Origin: a virus | Taxonomy: Duplodnaviria; Caudoviricetes | Virus record (IMG/VR): IMGVR_UViG_3300028191_000002 | Coordinates: 1-54,160 of that record | Reading direction: 5' to 3' (one strand) | DNA length: 54,160 bases | Shown: positions 19,419-27,982 of the stretch, in pieces | Layout: every line of letters begins with the position of its first letter | Position numbering within the stretch: the stretch's first letter is position 1 | The notes under the pieces: generated by a model | The model's database searches: none | Told to the model about the DNA's origin: nothing | The model's input: only the letters and a program-made list of their open reading frames with translations | Position numbers and translations under genes: made by a program

Positions 19419-20060
19419 CTATCTCAGCCCAGTAATTTTCTGAACCTGTAAAGACAGGTGGTAACCATAACTCAAGCAGAGTTTGATACAATGGTTGACA
19501 TTTAGTTGATTTTGCTTTTCGTCTTTCTCATCCATAGGCTGGACGTAAATCTTATTTATGTATCTGCTATGCATTGGCTGGAAACAGAATTTTGGTAAAC
19601 CATCTAAAAGTTCAGTGTCAATACTGATTATATACTTCCACTGGTTAACTAAAAGATGATCCTTGACGGGGACAGGCTGATGCTCTTTCGGCGAACACGT
19701 GATAAAGACATTGGGGTAGTTTAAGATAGAATAGTCAATCATTGTGCCATTCGTCTCAATCTCAATACGCCGTTTGTTCTTCCACGTGAACCGGGTAAGC
19801 TCAAAGAGCAGGCTATGAAGATCTTGCAGAAATGGTTCTCCGCCAGTTATCACAACCATGGAGGTATAGGATGCTGGAGATACTGAATTCACGTGATCCA
19901 CAATTTCAGCCGCGGTCATCTTCATCGCCACCTGGTGCTGAGTATCACAAAAAGAACATTTCAAGTTACAACCAGCTAAACGTATAAACGTCGCCGGGGA
20001 ACCACTTTTCTCTCCTTCCCCTTGTAGGGAATGGAAAATTTCGTTAACATCGTAAATCAT
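19419..20060 (-). CDS. queE: 7-carboxy-7-deazaguanine synthase (radical SAM)
   Basis: EIFHSLQGEG...FIRLAGCNLKCSFCDT, ITGGEP, IETNG, CSPK, LSLQ..K. Confidence 0.93.
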   Translation of the reverse strand: MIYDVNEIFHSLQGEGEKSGSPATFIRLAGCNLKCSFCDTQHQVAMKMTAAEIVDHVNSVSPASYTSMVVITGGEPFLQDLHSLLFELTRFTWKNKRRIEIETNGTMIDYSILNYPNVFITCSPKEHQPVPVKDHLLVNQWKYIISIDTELLDGLPKFCFQPMHSRYINKIYVQPMDEKDEKQNQLNVNHCIKLCLSYGYHLSLQVQKITGLR

Positions 20061-20111
20061 TTTACTTTTTACCTTTCGTCGTACAATTTTTGTTTTGGAT
20101 TCTAAAAAACG

Positions 20112-20171
20112 CTTTCATCTTTTAGCCCTGCTTGAGGATCTACTGGTAGCCTATGTCTTTGGATAGGTTAC
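20112..20171 (-). repeat. Intergenic element copy E, identical to 52650-52709
   Basis: Reverse complement reads gtaaCCTATccaaagacATAGGctaccagtaGATCCTCAAGCAGGGCTAAaagatgaaag. Confidence 0.92.
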
Positions 20172-20181
20172 CTCTAAAACG

Positions 20182-21108
20182 TCAGAGGGCTAATATTTGA
20201 CTTTTATTAAGCTCACCTGGATCTTTTACGTCAGTAGGTAGCGATCCAATGCGGGGATTGAGCACTGCCAGTGATCCCGACAACTCCAACGCTATGTCAA
20301 ACGCCGTGCTATCGACTAAAATCACTATTTCTTCATACTCTGGAAGTAATTCAAGCAACAAATTTAGTTGTTCTGTAGAAAAGGAAGTCCCTAAGAACGG
20401 GGCTGCCTTGTCAAACCGGGAATAGTAGTTAATCTTGAGTGCATCAAATGGTCCCTCCACCAAATACAATCGCCGCCCGCCACTCAGGAGGTAGTCATAA
20501 GATAGTATAGTTTGTTTGATTGCATTCCCCAGAGGAAACGAACGATATCTTATTGTCGCCGGAACTATGGCTCTACCTGACCACGCCCTCAGTTTACCAC
20601 CAAGGTAGAAGGGAAAGATAACTCGAGATTTGAAATCCCCTACCATCGTATAATATAGTGGGAAGTGGGAAATCAAATCCTCAACGTCTGGAAAACCGCG
20701 GGATAGAAGATACCTATAAAATGGTTTACCGAACGAATCATTCTTAATCAGTTTGAAGGAGTCCGGTAAAACAAGTTCCGGTAAAATAATCAATTCTTCT
20801 GGAACCGGATTAAGTAACCCCGGGATGGAAGCGAAGAGTTCGTTAGTAGGAGGGGCGGCGATAATGATTTCTGCTTCGTCATAAGTTATTCCTAATAAGC
20901 GAACGAGAAGTGCCGGGAAGCTCGGGGAACGATGCTGGCGGTTTCTCCAACAGCCCCAAACACCTGTTTCTAAGTTAATACCTAAGTGTTCAGATTTGTC
21001 AAGTTCACCACAGATTGGGCACTTAACGTTTACATTACCTACCGCAACGTTCCTGCCAAAGGTAACATATGGTATGTGATAAGCTTTAAGTATTGCGATT
21101 ACATCCAT
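20182..21108 (-). CDS. DNA primase (Zn finger + TOPRIM)
   Basis: CPIC...H...CW; YLLSRG; RVIFP; SGRA; VEGPFD; KDPGE. Confidence 0.88.
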   Translation of the reverse strand: MDVIAILKAYHIPYVTFGRNVAVGNVNVKCPICGELDKSEHLGINLETGVWGCWRNRQHRSPSFPALLVRLLGITYDEAEIIIAAPPTNELFASIPGLLNPVPEELIILPELVLPDSFKLIKNDSFGKPFYRYLLSRGFPDVEDLISHFPLYYTMVGDFKSRVIFPFYLGGKLRAWSGRAIVPATIRYRSFPLGNAIKQTILSYDYLLSGGRRLYLVEGPFDALKINYYSRFDKAAPFLGTSFSTEQLNLLLELLPEYEEIVILVDSTAFDIALELSGSLAVLNPRIGSLPTDVKDPGELNKSQILAL

Positions 21109-21363
21109 CTTTCTTTATTACTTCCTTTCATCTTTTTGTCCTTCTTTCTTCCCTATGCACTACGATACCATTATTCCTGACTTCTTCCCTCTACCACTTA
21201 TATTGTCTTTCTACTTCCTCCGCTACCACACCAGTGCCAGAAAAGAATAAGTAAAAGATAAACAGTAAAAGACAGAAAACAGAAATACTAACTCAGTGCA
21301 CAAAAAGAATCATCAATCCGAAAAAGTCAGGACCAGGTCATCAGGTTGGGATGTCGCCTGGAT

Positions 21364-21576
21364 TTATTTATTGCTCGGTTGCTCAACTGATTCTAAACCC
21401 ACACCTATCGCCCACCGTAGTATCGTTGCTACGGCATCCTTCAGCGGAAGAAATCTAATATAATGGAATTTTCCTTCCGTTGCTCTTCGGGCTTGGTTTT
21501 TCTTGCAATGGCTATGGCATCTAACTACCACCATCTCTTCGTTACTTTCCATATTATTTGGTTCCATTGCACTCAT
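21364..21576 (-). CDS. Hypothetical protein (first gene of leftward operon)
   Basis: GAAGGA RBS within conserved motif, before ATG 21576. Confidence 0.55.
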   Translation of the reverse strand: MSAMEPNNMESNEEMVVVRCHSHCKKNQARRATEGKFHYIRFLPLKDAVATILRWAIGVGLESVEQPSNK

Positions 21577-21583
21577 AAAACTA

Positions 21584-21616
21584 TCCTTCATTAATATATA
21601 TAGATCCGGGGTTTAA
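21584..21616 (-). promoter_or_regulatory. Phage-specific promoter-like motif, copy 1
   Basis: ttaaaccccggATCTATATATATTAATGAAGGA on the minus strand. Confidence 0.7.
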
Positions 21617-21643
21617 GTATCGCCTCTTCTTTCTATATATTAA

Positions 21644-21781
21644 TAAGATATTAAAATATTAAAAATCTTCAGAAATAGGATTTGACTTTATCACCGAAAT
21701 CCATTATAATCTATATATATATAGCAAGAGGGTAATGGTTATCCTCAAGTAGACGAAATGAAACGAAATGAAAGGAACGAA
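21644..21781 (+). promoter_or_regulatory. Early promoter/leader cassette, copy 1 (138 bp)
   Basis: TTGACT 21682-87, N17, TATAAT 21705-10; AT-rich UP region; leader hairpin; RBS; two mismatches to copy 2. Confidence 0.9.
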
Positions 21782-21783
21782 GT

Positions 21784-22110
21784 ATGCAAGATTTAGTGTC
21801 ACGGAGAGATGATAGCCACGCAGTTCGCGGAGCGAAGACAAGGGCACGATTAAACGCAGAATTGGCAAGAAGTCTAGCACCGGCGACGGCACCGGCACCG
21901 GCTCCAATTCAACCAGACGACGAACTTCTTATGCGGGTGAAGGATATGGCTGGCAAGTGGACGGATGTGAAAACCGTTACTGGCACCCAGATGGATGACC
22001 TGGTAAGCACTTTAACCAAGTGTGGTGGTAAGTTAGAGGTAGATAATATAGCAACTCGTGTTCGCTTCCAAAGCGGGACGATTTACGAATTTGTGAAGGA
22101 GAGCAAGTAA
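21784..22110 (+). CDS. Early hypothetical protein with Pro/Ala linker
   Basis: First ORF after cassette RBS. Confidence 0.65.
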   Translation: MQDLVSRRDDSHAVRGAKTRARLNAELARSLAPATAPAPAPIQPDDELLMRVKDMAGKWTDVKTVTGTQMDDLVSTLTKCGGKLEVDNIATRVRFQSGTIYEFVKESK

Positions 22111-22430
22111 TGGCAGCAGAAGATATCAAATTAACCGTCGCCCGGTTAGTTCAGGATTCCTTGGGCAAGCAGATAAGCTACTTTAGAAATCGCTGGGAGG
22201 ACGAGAAGGAGTATGAGGATTTTGCGGAGTACGAATCTGCTCTTTGCAAGGCGTTTGACAAGTTGGTATTGGAACATCCAAAACTACAACAGAATTGGGT
22301 GAAGTTTGTTGGTCTTAAGAAAAAACCGTTCTCAGTGCGGTATTCTTTTGGAGTTGCTGCGAAGGTTTTCGTTATAAAGACGAAACTGACAAACTCAAGA
22401 ATAGAACTTTGGACAGAAATAGAGGAATAA
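22110..22430 (+). CDS. Early hypothetical protein
   Basis: TAATG coupling, GGAG RBS. Confidence 0.65.
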   Translation: MAAEDIKLTVARLVQDSLGKQISYFRNRWEDEKEYEDFAEYESALCKAFDKLVLEHPKLQQNWVKFVGLKKKPFSVRYSFGVAAKVFVIKTKLTNSRIELWTEIEE

Positions 22431-22431
22431 G

Positions 22432-22701
22432 ATGACAAAGAAAAAACCAGAAAATTGGATCCCACGCCGGCAACGCGATGAATTTGGTAGAAGCCCAATG
22501 TGGGTAGTAGTAGAAAAGGACACTGGCAAAGTTATGGGACAGTGGCGGCATGAGAAACGTGCCCACGATTTAGTAGAAGAGTTGGTAAGACGAAACAATG
22601 GTCCCTGGGTGGATTATCTTATCTGCCTAATGTGGTTTGAGCCAACTACACGTACTGGGGTAAGCAAGTATGCGAGGGATTGGTTATGCCAGAACCGATA
22701 G
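22432..22701 (+). CDS. Early small protein of the W-V-x-G-Q paralogue family
   Basis: MWVVVEKDTGKVMGQWRHEKRAHDLVEEL. Confidence 0.65.
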   Translation: MTKKKPENWIPRRQRDEFGRSPMWVVVEKDTGKVMGQWRHEKRAHDLVEELVRRNNGPWVDYLICLMWFEPTTRTGVSKYARDWLCQNR

Positions 22702-22997
22702 AACCAGCAGACAGGATCTTAGCATGCTTTAATCGGTATCAGAAGCCTGGCGATTTCTATAATCGAGCTCTTCTGAATGTACTGGTGGCAACCGAAGCAT
22801 CTAAAGGACCAACCGCACTTCCGGCGGTAGCGGCAATAATCCAGAAGAAGATAGCTGCCGGAGATGGCAAGGAGTGGCCGAAGGAATTGAGAACAATTCT
22901 GGCACACGTCCTTGGAATGGATCTTAAATACTTTCATATTATAAGGAAAACTCATGGACGGAAACATAACACCACACGTAGTATGCCAAAAGATTGA
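22686..22997 (+). CDS. Hypothetical protein
   Basis: GAGGG RBS; overlapping ORF chain. Confidence 0.5.
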   Translation: MPEPIEPADRILACFNRYQKPGDFYNRALLNVLVATEASKGPTALPAVAAIIQKKIAAGDGKEWPKELRTILAHVLGMDLKYFHIIRKTHGRKHNTTRSMPKD

Positions 22998-23295
22998 TGA
23001 ATATCTTTTGAAGAGATATGGCGTAGTAACCAAAGTAGACATAACCAGAAAAGAGCCAGGAATCGAGGATGGTTGGCAATGGCAGTCAATGGGTGTGGAA
23101 TCTCCTTGCGAACTGTACCCGGGCAAGTGGGTATTTATTGGATGTATGGTGAGGTGCATATGTACAGCGGAGCATCCTTATCTGTATGTTGTATTCTTTA
23201 ACATAAACAAAACCTTCCAGGATAAGACGCAGAAAGTTGAAATTTTGGCAGGGCAGTTATTTTTAACAAAGGAAGGTGAGCTGATAGATGAATAA
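22954..23295 (+). CDS. Hypothetical protein
   Basis: AAGGA RBS; overlapping ORF chain. Confidence 0.55.
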   Translation: MDGNITPHVVCQKIDEYLLKRYGVVTKVDITRKEPGIEDGWQWQSMGVESPCELYPGKWVFIGCMVRCICTAEHPYLYVVFFNINKTFQDKTQKVEILAGQLFLTKEGELIDE

Positions 23296-23587
23296 CAGAG
23301 TTTTAGTAAATGCTACATTGGTGGTACTGGCGTTTTTTCTGGGTATGGTATATCAAGGATATCTTGACAAGACACCGTCAGTACCGATAACCCATCAGTC
23401 TAAGCCGACTGAGATGGAAATGTATCGGTTGGATAATGACCTGGTTCTATGGTATCCATCTGACGCTGTACGAATCTTACAAAAGTCATTGAAGGTGGAA
23501 GGCTTCCCGGAGTTGGAAGCAGATGGAAAATTCGGAACACAAACAGAAAACGCTATCGTCGAATGGCAGAAAAGAGGTAACCAGTGA
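23288..23587 (+). CDS. Membrane-anchored peptidoglycan-binding-domain protein with no catalytic domain
   Basis: N-terminal TM helix; VRILQKSL...G......DGKFG..TENAIVEWQK fits PG_binding_1. Confidence 0.75.
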   Translation: MNNRVLVNATLVVLAFFLGMVYQGYLDKTPSVPITHQSKPTEMEMYRLDNDLVLWYPSDAVRILQKSLKVEGFPELEADGKFGTQTENAIVEWQKRGNQ

Positions 23588-24006
23588 TTAAGGTATACGC
23601 AAGGTGTGGAAATGGTGTGGATTCTTGGGAAGAGGATTTTACTGTCCGTAGTCTCGCTGCTGCGGAAGAAGAGGTTAAGCAATGTATTGATGCCTTTAAC
23701 GTGGCTGAGAAACGTCGGTATGGTGAAGGTGTTACACCAAGACTGTTTCTTGGTATGGTTGAAAAAGCAGGTCCTATGATGCACAACTGGGAAAAGGTTA
23801 ATGCTGTGTGTGATGCCTGGGGAAATGTTAACTATCGGTGCAGGCAGTGTGGGCTGGTCAAGTTAATAAGCCACCAGACACTTTGTGTCCCTGCCGACGG
23901 CGAATGTTATCCAGACCGGGTATGCAGAGACTGTAATACTCAGTTCGCGTCTGCCGAAAACTGTGCCCGGCATAAGGCACGGGGAGAATGCAGGCCGTGT
24001 TTATGA
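23584..24006 (+). CDS. Cys-rich, probably zinc-binding protein
   Basis: H.W...YRCRQCG and CRDC...F......H motifs. Confidence 0.55.
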   Translation: MIKVYARCGNGVDSWEEDFTVRSLAAAEEEVKQCIDAFNVAEKRRYGEGVTPRLFLGMVEKAGPMMHNWEKVNAVCDAWGNVNYRCRQCGLVKLISHQTLCVPADGECYPDRVCRDCNTQFASAENCARHKARGECRPCL

Positions 24007-24362
24007 TTTACACGGCGTGGGCATATATTGGAAAGACCGTTGAGGGTAAAGTTTTTACTCGGAAAAAGCGGACCTATATGTGGACGGGTGGTGGTGTGTG
24101 CTATGCAATACTAAAGACATCGATTCAACGAAAGGATCACGGAATGAATGTATTAATGGGCGGAATAGCGAAGGGACAGATAGTTAAGGTTTTACATACC
24201 AGGATGGGTATTTTTACTGCAGAAGCCCGGGACACGTTTTCAACTACAGATACCTGCTACCCACTGACAATTATTCGCCCACTGAAAAGTCAGGGCTGGG
24301 AACACCTGCGTGAGTTGTCTTGTGAACGGGATATGATTAAGTGGATAGTAGGGGTAAAGTAG
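23988..24362 (+). CDS. Hypothetical protein (true start uncertain)
   Basis: ORF ending just before promoter cassette 2. Confidence 0.45.
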   Translation: MQAVFMIYTAWAYIGKTVEGKVFTRKKRTYMWTGGGVCYAILKTSIQRKDHGMNVLMGGIAKGQIVKVLHTRMGIFTAEARDTFSTTDTCYPLTIIRPLKSQGWEHLRELSCERDMIKWIVGVK

Positions 24363-24367
24363 GCTAC

Positions 24368-24505
24368 TAAGATATTAAAATATTAAAAATCTTCAGAAAT
24401 AGGATTTGACTTTATCACCGAAATCCGTTATAATCTATATATATATAGCAAAAGGGTAATGGTTATCCTCAAGTAGACGAAATGAAACGAAATGAAAGGA
24501 ACGAA
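24368..24505 (+). promoter_or_regulatory. Early promoter/leader cassette, copy 2
   Basis: TTGACT 24406-11, N17, TATAAT 24429-34; near-identical to 21644-21781. Confidence 0.9.
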
Positions 24506-24508
24506 CTA

Positions 24509-25486
24509 ATGGCACACGAAGTAGAAATTAGAGGCGGCGGCGCAAGTATGATGTACGTCGGTGCAGAACCATGGCATGGGCTGGGAACTCAGGTTGCTAC
24601 CGAAGTAACCTCAGCAGCAGCACTAAAGGTGGCTGGTCTGGATTGGGATGTAGTAAAGAAACCAATTGGCGTTGTCTCAGATCTGAAGGTTGATGATATA
24701 CCGGTGGTTGCTCAGGTTATACCCGGGCAGTACGCTGCAATACGTCAAGACGATGGCAAGATCTTATCAATAGTTTCTGAGACCTATACCATCATCCAAA
24801 ACCGGGAACAGTTTGAATTTATGGACACCCTGGTAGGGGACGGATTGGCAATGTACCATACCGCCGGATCCTTGCGTGGAGGGAAGCAGGTCTTTTTGTT
24901 AGTTAAGCTCCCCGAGTCAATAACGATAGCAGATTGGGCAGTAGACCAATATATCCTCCTGACCAGTTCACACGATTACACAATGCCGACCAGGATCCTA
25001 TGGACACCGGTTCGAGTGGTGTGTTGGAATACCTTGAGTTTAGCACTCGATGATATGAGAAAATCCTTCAGCATTCGCCACACAGTAAATTGGAAAGAGA
25101 AGGAGCAGTTGGCAAGAGATACTTTACAACTCAGCCATATCTATTACCAGGCACTTAAGCAGAAGTTAGAATCCCTGGCACTGATAAAGATGGGCGATGC
25201 TATTCTTGAGGATATGCTTGAGAAAATGTATCCGATATCCAGTACACGGATGGAGGGTCGCATATCGGAAGTTCGGAGCACAGTCAGGGAACTGTTCTTT
25301 ACTGGAGCAGGTAATGACGGAAAGACGGGATTAGATTTTGTCAATGCCGTTGCTGAGTATCACGACCATCGCGAGTATCGTGATTCAAAGAATAGTTCTG
25401 GGGAGGACAAGCGGTTTGTCGCAGCAACCGAGGACTATTATGGTATGAAGAATTTAGCTGTTGAATTGGTCAGCGGCTTAGCATAA
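24509..25486 (+). CDS. DUF932/DUF945 (TIGR03299-like) phage/plasmid protein
   Basis: MAHE...PWHGLG...GLDW.V...Y.IIQN...TAGSL.GG...SHD...TPVRVVC.NTL...IRHT. Confidence 0.85.
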   Translation: MAHEVEIRGGGASMMYVGAEPWHGLGTQVATEVTSAAALKVAGLDWDVVKKPIGVVSDLKVDDIPVVAQVIPGQYAAIRQDDGKILSIVSETYTIIQNREQFEFMDTLVGDGLAMYHTAGSLRGGKQVFLLVKLPESITIADWAVDQYILLTSSHDYTMPTRILWTPVRVVCWNTLSLALDDMRKSFSIRHTVNWKEKEQLARDTLQLSHIYYQALKQKLESLALIKMGDAILEDMLEKMYPISSTRMEGRISEVRSTVRELFFTGAGNDGKTGLDFVNAVAEYHDHREYRDSKNSSGEDKRFVAATEDYYGMKNLAVELVSGLA

Positions 25487-25557
25487 TTGTTTCTTTCATT
25501 TCAAGCGGGGTGTCCTTGTTGGGTGCCCCGCACTATTAATTTTAACAGGAGATTAAG

Positions 25558-25995
25558 ATGCCAGAGAATGAAAAATGTACTCAGTGTGGCAATTGCTGCA
25601 GAAGAGTTGGAACGTATTTTTGGGTTAAAGCATATCAGGTGCGTAACCAGACTCCCCATAAACCAATCCTCAAAAAGCTTTTTGATAATATACTCAATAT
25701 GATGCCGGAGGATTTTAAGGATGATTGGTGTGATTGTGAGATGTTGGAAGAAGGAGAGGATGGTAAAACAAGGTGTCTTATCCAAGCCACATATGGTGAG
25801 GGGGTTAAATCAACATTGTGTGCGGATTTTGCCAGTGGCAACGAATACTGTCAACTGATACGCCGGGATGGTTTGCCATTCCGGGCAACCCTTCCAAAGA
25901 AGATACCGGTGCCAGTGCCTTCAAAAGTAGTAGCCCAAAAATTCCGCGATTTTCCAGATGAGGACTTTGGAGGCATGAATGCCAAAGACAGTTAA
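25558..25995 (+). CDS. YkgJ-like CxxCxxCC cysteine-cluster (Zn or Fe-S) protein
   Basis: CTQCGNCC...CEML...CLI...Y...LCADF. Confidence 0.7.
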   Translation: MPENEKCTQCGNCCRRVGTYFWVKAYQVRNQTPHKPILKKLFDNILNMMPEDFKDDWCDCEMLEEGEDGKTRCLIQATYGEGVKSTLCADFASGNEYCQLIRRDGLPFRATLPKKIPVPVPSKVVAQKFRDFPDEDFGGMNAKDS

Positions 25996-26182
25996 TAAAA
26001 TGAGGTTTGGTATTTTCTGTTCACAGGAAGATGCTGACTTTATATGGGAAGCACTTTTGATTGCTCGCAGTCAGCCAGGTAATGGTCGATTACCAATGCA
26101 TGAGTTTTGTCTATCAGCAGTAAAGAAAGAGGCACAGAATGTCATCAATGGCAAGCATTCTATTACTCCTTCCAAAGCTTAA
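25979..26182 (+). CDS. Small hypothetical protein (possibly ribbon-helix-helix)
   Basis: GGAGG upstream; beta-alpha-alpha-like pattern. Confidence 0.45.
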   Translation: MPKTVNKMRFGIFCSQEDADFIWEALLIARSQPGNGRLPMHEFCLSAVKKEAQNVINGKHSITPSKA

Positions 26183-26594
26183 TCAGACAGAAATTATAGC
26201 ATTAGAAAAGGCTTTGTCAACGTTCAAAAGACAGGGCGATAATGTATGGTTGGAGGCAGACCTTTACGACAGATTCAATCTGAAGTTGAAATCTGCTCTT
26301 CCTCCTTTCGGGATATTCAAGAAGACCACCGGTTACGCTAAGTGGGCATCTGGTATAGTTAGTGTAAAGCAACTATTGGTGTCTTTGAAAGTAGGAACGT
26401 CCGGGGTGTCTTATCTAAAGATGCTTGATATGCTGGTGTTCTCAACACTGACTTATCTGGACAAGCTGGAAATCCCCGTAGGTATCAAAACCATATCCCA
26501 GGTATTCGAAAGAATAGAACAAGTCATAGACGACCAGTTTCCGGGTTATTTGGAATCCGGTCTTCTTTATCTTATGATTAAGGAACAACTATAA
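26139..26594 (+). CDS. Hypothetical protein upstream of helicase
   Basis: Coupled to DnaB; C-terminal DQFPGYLESGLL. Confidence 0.6.
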   Translation: MSSMASILLLLPKLNQTEIIALEKALSTFKRQGDNVWLEADLYDRFNLKLKSALPPFGIFKKTTGYAKWASGIVSVKQLLVSLKVGTSGVSYLKMLDMLVFSTLTYLDKLEIPVGIKTISQVFERIEQVIDDQFPGYLESGLLYLMIKEQL

Positions 26595-27982
26595 TGGCTA
26601 CAGCTTTGACCGGTGCTGTCCAAGAGTGCCTACTATGTTTACTATGTTGGGACGAGGACAAGGGACGATTAGTCCCCGCGATAGTCCCGTTGGGATGCTG
26701 GGATACTTTTTATCGAGAAATCGCCAGCAAGGCTTACAATTACTGGCAGAAGTACGATAGGGTCCCCGGGGAACATTTTATAGATTTAGTGGATGAGTTG
26801 GTTGCACAGAATCCAAAAGACGAGCCTGTATACCGCAAGATTTACTTATCGATTATCCAAACCAAGAATAACATTAACGCCGAGTATGTTCTGGATAAAG
26901 CAGTTCAGTTTGCAAGACAGCAACAGATTAAAACCTCAATAATGCGAGTAGTTGACTTTATTCAAACGGATCAACTGGATGCCGCGGAACGTGAGCTGGT
27001 GTCCGGACTAAAGACAATCACAACGTCCTTCGATCCAGGCATAACCTTGACTGATGATGCAGCGTTTGGTTTCTTTAGAAAAGCAGGCAGTAGTTATATG
27101 ACCGGTATACCGGAGTTAGACTATAGAAACATTGGTCCGGCGAGGGGTGAGCTCCTGCTGTTTATCGCTCCAATGAAGCGTGGTAAGTCCTGGTTTATAA
27201 TTCACGTAGGGAAAACTAATCTTATCCAAAGGAAAAAGATACTGCACATATCTTTGGAAATGTCGGAAGAGCAAGTAGCTCAAAGATACTTACAAGGCTT
27301 TTTCGCAGTGACTACTCGACCACAATCGCTAATTAAGCAGACGTTTGAGAAAGATGAGATGGGTAGATTCTTGTCGTTACAAGCGGAGGAAATACCTGAC
27401 CGCCCATCGCTCCGCGATCCAGGAATTGAAAATTGGTTGCGTAGTAAGGCAAAGTCATTGAGAATGGCACCAAACCTACTAATCAAGAACTTCCCAACCG
27501 GCAGTTTGACAATACCGGAGTTGGAAGGATTTTTGGATTTGTTGGAGGATAGTAAGAAGTTTATACCAGACATCATACTGATGGACTATATTGACCTGAT
27601 GAAGATAGATTCAGCATCCTACCGACACGACCTTGGTGCTTTGTATAAAAACATTCGCGGTATCGCTGGGAAGCGTAATCTTGCGGTAGTAACTGTTTCC
27701 CAGGCAAATAAGGAGGGCATGGAAAGCAAGGTAATTCGAGATACGCACGTGGCCGAAGATGTCTCGAAGATAGCAACTGCGGATATCGTCCTAACCTATA
27801 GTCAGACTGAGTCAGAGAAGAAACTGGGCTTAGCAAGGCTTTTCGTTTCAAACTGTCGAAGCGAAGAGGATGGGTTTACAATAATCATTTCTCAGAATTA
27901 TGCACTCGGACAGTTTTGCAATTCCTCAGTATTAATGCAGTCCCGCTACTGGGACTATATTCCAAAGGACACAAACAAATGA
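26594..27982 (+). CDS. Replicative DnaB-like helicase
   Basis: TGIPELD, APMKRGKS (Walker A), SLEM, DYID, VSQAN, ADIV. Confidence 0.88.
   Translation: MATALTGAVQECLLCLLCWDEDKGRLVPAIVPLGCWDTFYREIASKAYNYWQKYDRVPGEHFIDLVDELVAQNPKDEPVYRKIYLSIIQTKNNINAEYVLDKAVQFARQQQIKTSIMRVVDFIQTDQLDAAERELVSGLKTITTSFDPGITLTDDAAFGFFRKAGSSYMTGIPELDYRNIGPARGELLLFIAPMKRGKSWFIIHVGKTNLIQRKKILHISLEMSEEQVAQRYLQGFFAVTTRPQSLIKQTFEKDEMGRFLSLQAEEIPDRPSLRDPGIENWLRSKAKSLRMAPNLLIKNFPTGSLTIPELEGFLDLLEDSKKFIPDIILMDYIDLMKIDSASYRHDLGALYKNIRGIAGKRNLAVVTVSQANKEGMESKVIRDTHVAEDVSKIATADIVLTYSQTESEKKLGLARLFVSNCRSEEDGFTIIISQNYALGQFCNSSVLMQSRYWDYIPKDTNK

Noticed and set aside
21120-21170. Seventh copy of the intergenic element upstream of primase (minus strand: catagg...ggacaaaaagatgaaagg)
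   Set aside because: Lacks the CCTAT arm, the TCAAG box and the fixed spacing; resemblance may just reflect purine richness
25505-25532. tRNA or ncRNA at GC-rich hairpins (also 41249-41282)
   Set aside because: Simple stem-loops after stop codons with no cloverleaf or T-loop motif; probably terminators or stabilisers
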